From Oculina patagonica (Eukaryota): a DNA stretch of 64,000 nt. The DNA lies in NCBI RefSeq assembly GCF_052425735.1, contig NC_135764.1, positions 20,522,001 to 20,586,000 of the forward strand, read 5' to 3'. Of this stretch, positions 62,701 through 64,000 are shown piece by piece. Both the position numbers and the translations under genes were made by a program. The first letter of the stretch is position 1. Every line of letters begins with the position of its first letter. Under the pieces are notes generated by a model, which was given only the letters and a program-made list of their open reading frames with translations, was not told the origin of the DNA and did not search any database.

Positions 62701-63953
62701 CCGTAAATCCCTACCCTATCCCAGACTTGCATTTTTTAGAACTGTATCACTATCAGTGTTTTAATGGAAAACCATCTGTCAACAACGATGCTGCGATGAT
62801 TTTAATTACGTTTAGGAAAGCCTCTTTCTCTTCTGAGTTTCTATTCCTATTCTGGACTAAATTCGTCATAACACAGATCAGTTTTCCGGCAAATGCTACC
62901 CTTTTCTAGACCAAAACTTTTTGATTTCTTAACCCTATCCCAGACTAAACTGCTTGAAAACCCTACCCTTCACAGCGGCACATACCTATATAGCTCATAT
63001 ATGGGAGTGCCCCCCCCGGGAGTAAATCCCCTGTCCAAATTCTTTAGTCCACGCATATCCAACATTTACGGTTAGGCGACTGTTTCCGGTCCGAGGATCA
63101 TTTGCAGTTCAATTTTGGGATCATTTGCGGTCCAATTTGGGGATCATTTATAGTCCCGGGATCATTTGCGGGTCGGGATCATTTGCGGGCCTGTACGTCA
63201 CTCATTAAGCAAAAACCACCACAACCAATTATGAACCATTATGTGACAAGTGTAGTAGCTACATGTATAATTGTAAATTTTTAAACTAAGATGGCAAGGC
63301 AAATGCAAGTAATTATCTTGACACTAAGCTTAGATTGTAAAATGTTTATTCCCTTTGAACTTTCTTCTTTTTCATAGCATGAGTATACTTTAAAAAAATT
63401 ACTCACCCAGTATCATAGAGAGAATAAAATCTTCCACTCCATGGTGCAACATAACCTAATGAAAAAGAAACATGGAATGCCTAATAAGTTTTTCCAGTGT
63501 TGACCCTAAACAGATCTGGACCAGAACTAATCCAGAGGATAACATACGAACCATTAGGGTTACTGTCAGTGTAACTTCAAAGGCCAAAATTTAAGCAGGT
63601 ACCTTCACCAAGAAAAGGTTCTTACAGATGATAAGCTAAGGTCACTGTGGATAACCAAGTGCTGAGCATTGCTTGATAATTTCTCAAAATATTTTTATCT
63701 CTTATTTCGTTGGTGTTTTCAAAAAATGTGCAAACATTTGTTAGTAAGTACATGCATCAATTACTGTAAGTGCGTGGGGGTAAAATCATTGTGAGGTAAA
63801 ACATACCAGCATATGTGAGGAAAATGACACCAATAAACACTACACCAGCTACAGCTACGACAGCAAAAACAAAAATGTTCTTGAAATCAGTCCAGGATAT
63901 TTTACTTCTCAAGTAGACCAAGAATGCATAGGCTTGCAGTAGGGCAAATGTGC
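53799..63953 (-). CDS. STT3B: Oligosaccharyltransferase catalytic subunit STT3B, 3' part (12 exons; 5' exons lie beyond the window)
   Basis: Exons: 63807-63953, 63407-63455, 61006-61160, 59996-60228, 58649-58854, 58138-58209, 57217-57316, 56443-56616, 55716-55829, 54896-55020, 54455-54542, 53799-53909. Contains [26 protein letters not shown] and [12 protein letters not shown]-type sequences [37 protein letters not shown] and the lysine-rich tail ending KKST favour STT3B. Confidence 0.96.
54579..54813. mobile_element. Truncated Harbinger-like MITE in STT3B intron
   Basis: TTCCGGAATGA subrepeats and the terminus CCGGTATCACGTAAACAGGCCT are present; the left end is missing. Confidence 0.6.
55260..55420 (+). 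mobile_element. Penelope-like pLTR remnant with hammerhead-like motif
   Basis: GCAT-TTGATAAT-GGTGA(CATGTCT)TCGCC-GAAAC-GTC-ATGT at 55354-55394, flanked by the 12-bp direct repeat AGAAAAGTGACT (55248, 55421). Confidence 0.5.
56660..56871 (-). mobile_element. Decayed SINE copy (47312 family)
   Basis: GGTACCCATATGTTCTCCTGGGT..AAGTGTCTTCCCCATGAGCAC..CAGGCTCAAAC..GTCCAGCGTACTAACCACTGAG is the reverse complement of a SINE head and core. Confidence 0.55.
59308..59785. repeat. Minisatellite, about 78-bp unit x6, in STT3B intron
   Basis: Units start GGAACTCA (or a variant) at about 59308, 59386, 59468, 59546, 59632 and 59710. Consensus core: ATCTGAGGGCATCACATTGACCTCRTGGTAGATTATT. Confidence 0.9.
60809..60985. 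mobile_element. MITE (CAGAAAATATCC family)
   Basis: GTTTCAGAAAATATCC / GGATATTTTCTGAAAC inverted ends, about 20 nt from an STT3B splice donor. Confidence 0.7.
61330..63193. mobile_element. 1.86-kb TA-TSD non-autonomous element carrying nested MITEs
   Basis: TIR CAGGCCCGCAAATGATCCCG, about 5 subterminal CGCAAATGATCCC-like repeats at each end, and TA at 61328-61329 and 63194-63195. Confidence 0.85.
62584..63020. mobile_element. Nested MITE with CCCGGGGGGG termini, 8-bp TSD
   Basis: TIR CCCGGGGGGGGCAC / GTGCCCCCCCCGGG with a perfect AGTAAATC duplication at 62576-62583 and 63021-63028; internal ACCCTATMCCAGAC repeats. Confidence 0.9.
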
Positions 63954-64000
63954 CTGAAAACAACCAAAAGAAAATACAGTTACAATCACACAAGAATAAA

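Noticed and set aside
53799-63953. STT3A assignment
   Set aside because: Diagnostic segments and the basic C-terminal extension match STT3B.

Overview
This is AT-rich eukaryotic genomic DNA with spliceosomal introns. Its repeat content resembles a cnidarian genome, most likely a stony coral (inference). I reconstructed four protein-coding genes by hand, with GT-AG splice sites and consistent phases. (1) A rhodopsin-class, aminergic-like GPCR with a single coding exon (+, 23689-24840, 383 aa), probably transcribed from a distant promoter and non-coding exon near 5.8-6.1 kb. (2) SMARCE1/BAF57 (-, 13 coding exons, 31264-42678, 304 aa). (3) A divergent METTL27/WBSCR27-like class I methyltransferase (-, 3 exons, 46825-49638, 196 aa). 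(4) Twelve 3' exons of STT3B (-, 53799-63953); the gene continues beyond the window. Introns and intergenic DNA hold many MITEs with TA, TWA, TTAA, 8-bp or 9-bp target duplications, plus tRNA-derived SINEs, a LINE remnant split by nested insertions, a long foldback element, a piggyBac deletion derivative, Penelope-like hammerhead remnants and a ~78-bp minisatellite. I found no CRISPR array, rRNA or true tRNA gene. The best leads are recurrent TACATGTA insertions that look like Tc1/mariner excision footprints, an intact but degenerate methyltransferase, a GPCR keeping D3.32 but lacking other aminergic pocket residues, an unclassified TTAA-flanked element with iterons, and MITEs on poly(A) signals. 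I found no clearly new multi-gene system. All family assignments come from motif recognition, not database searches.
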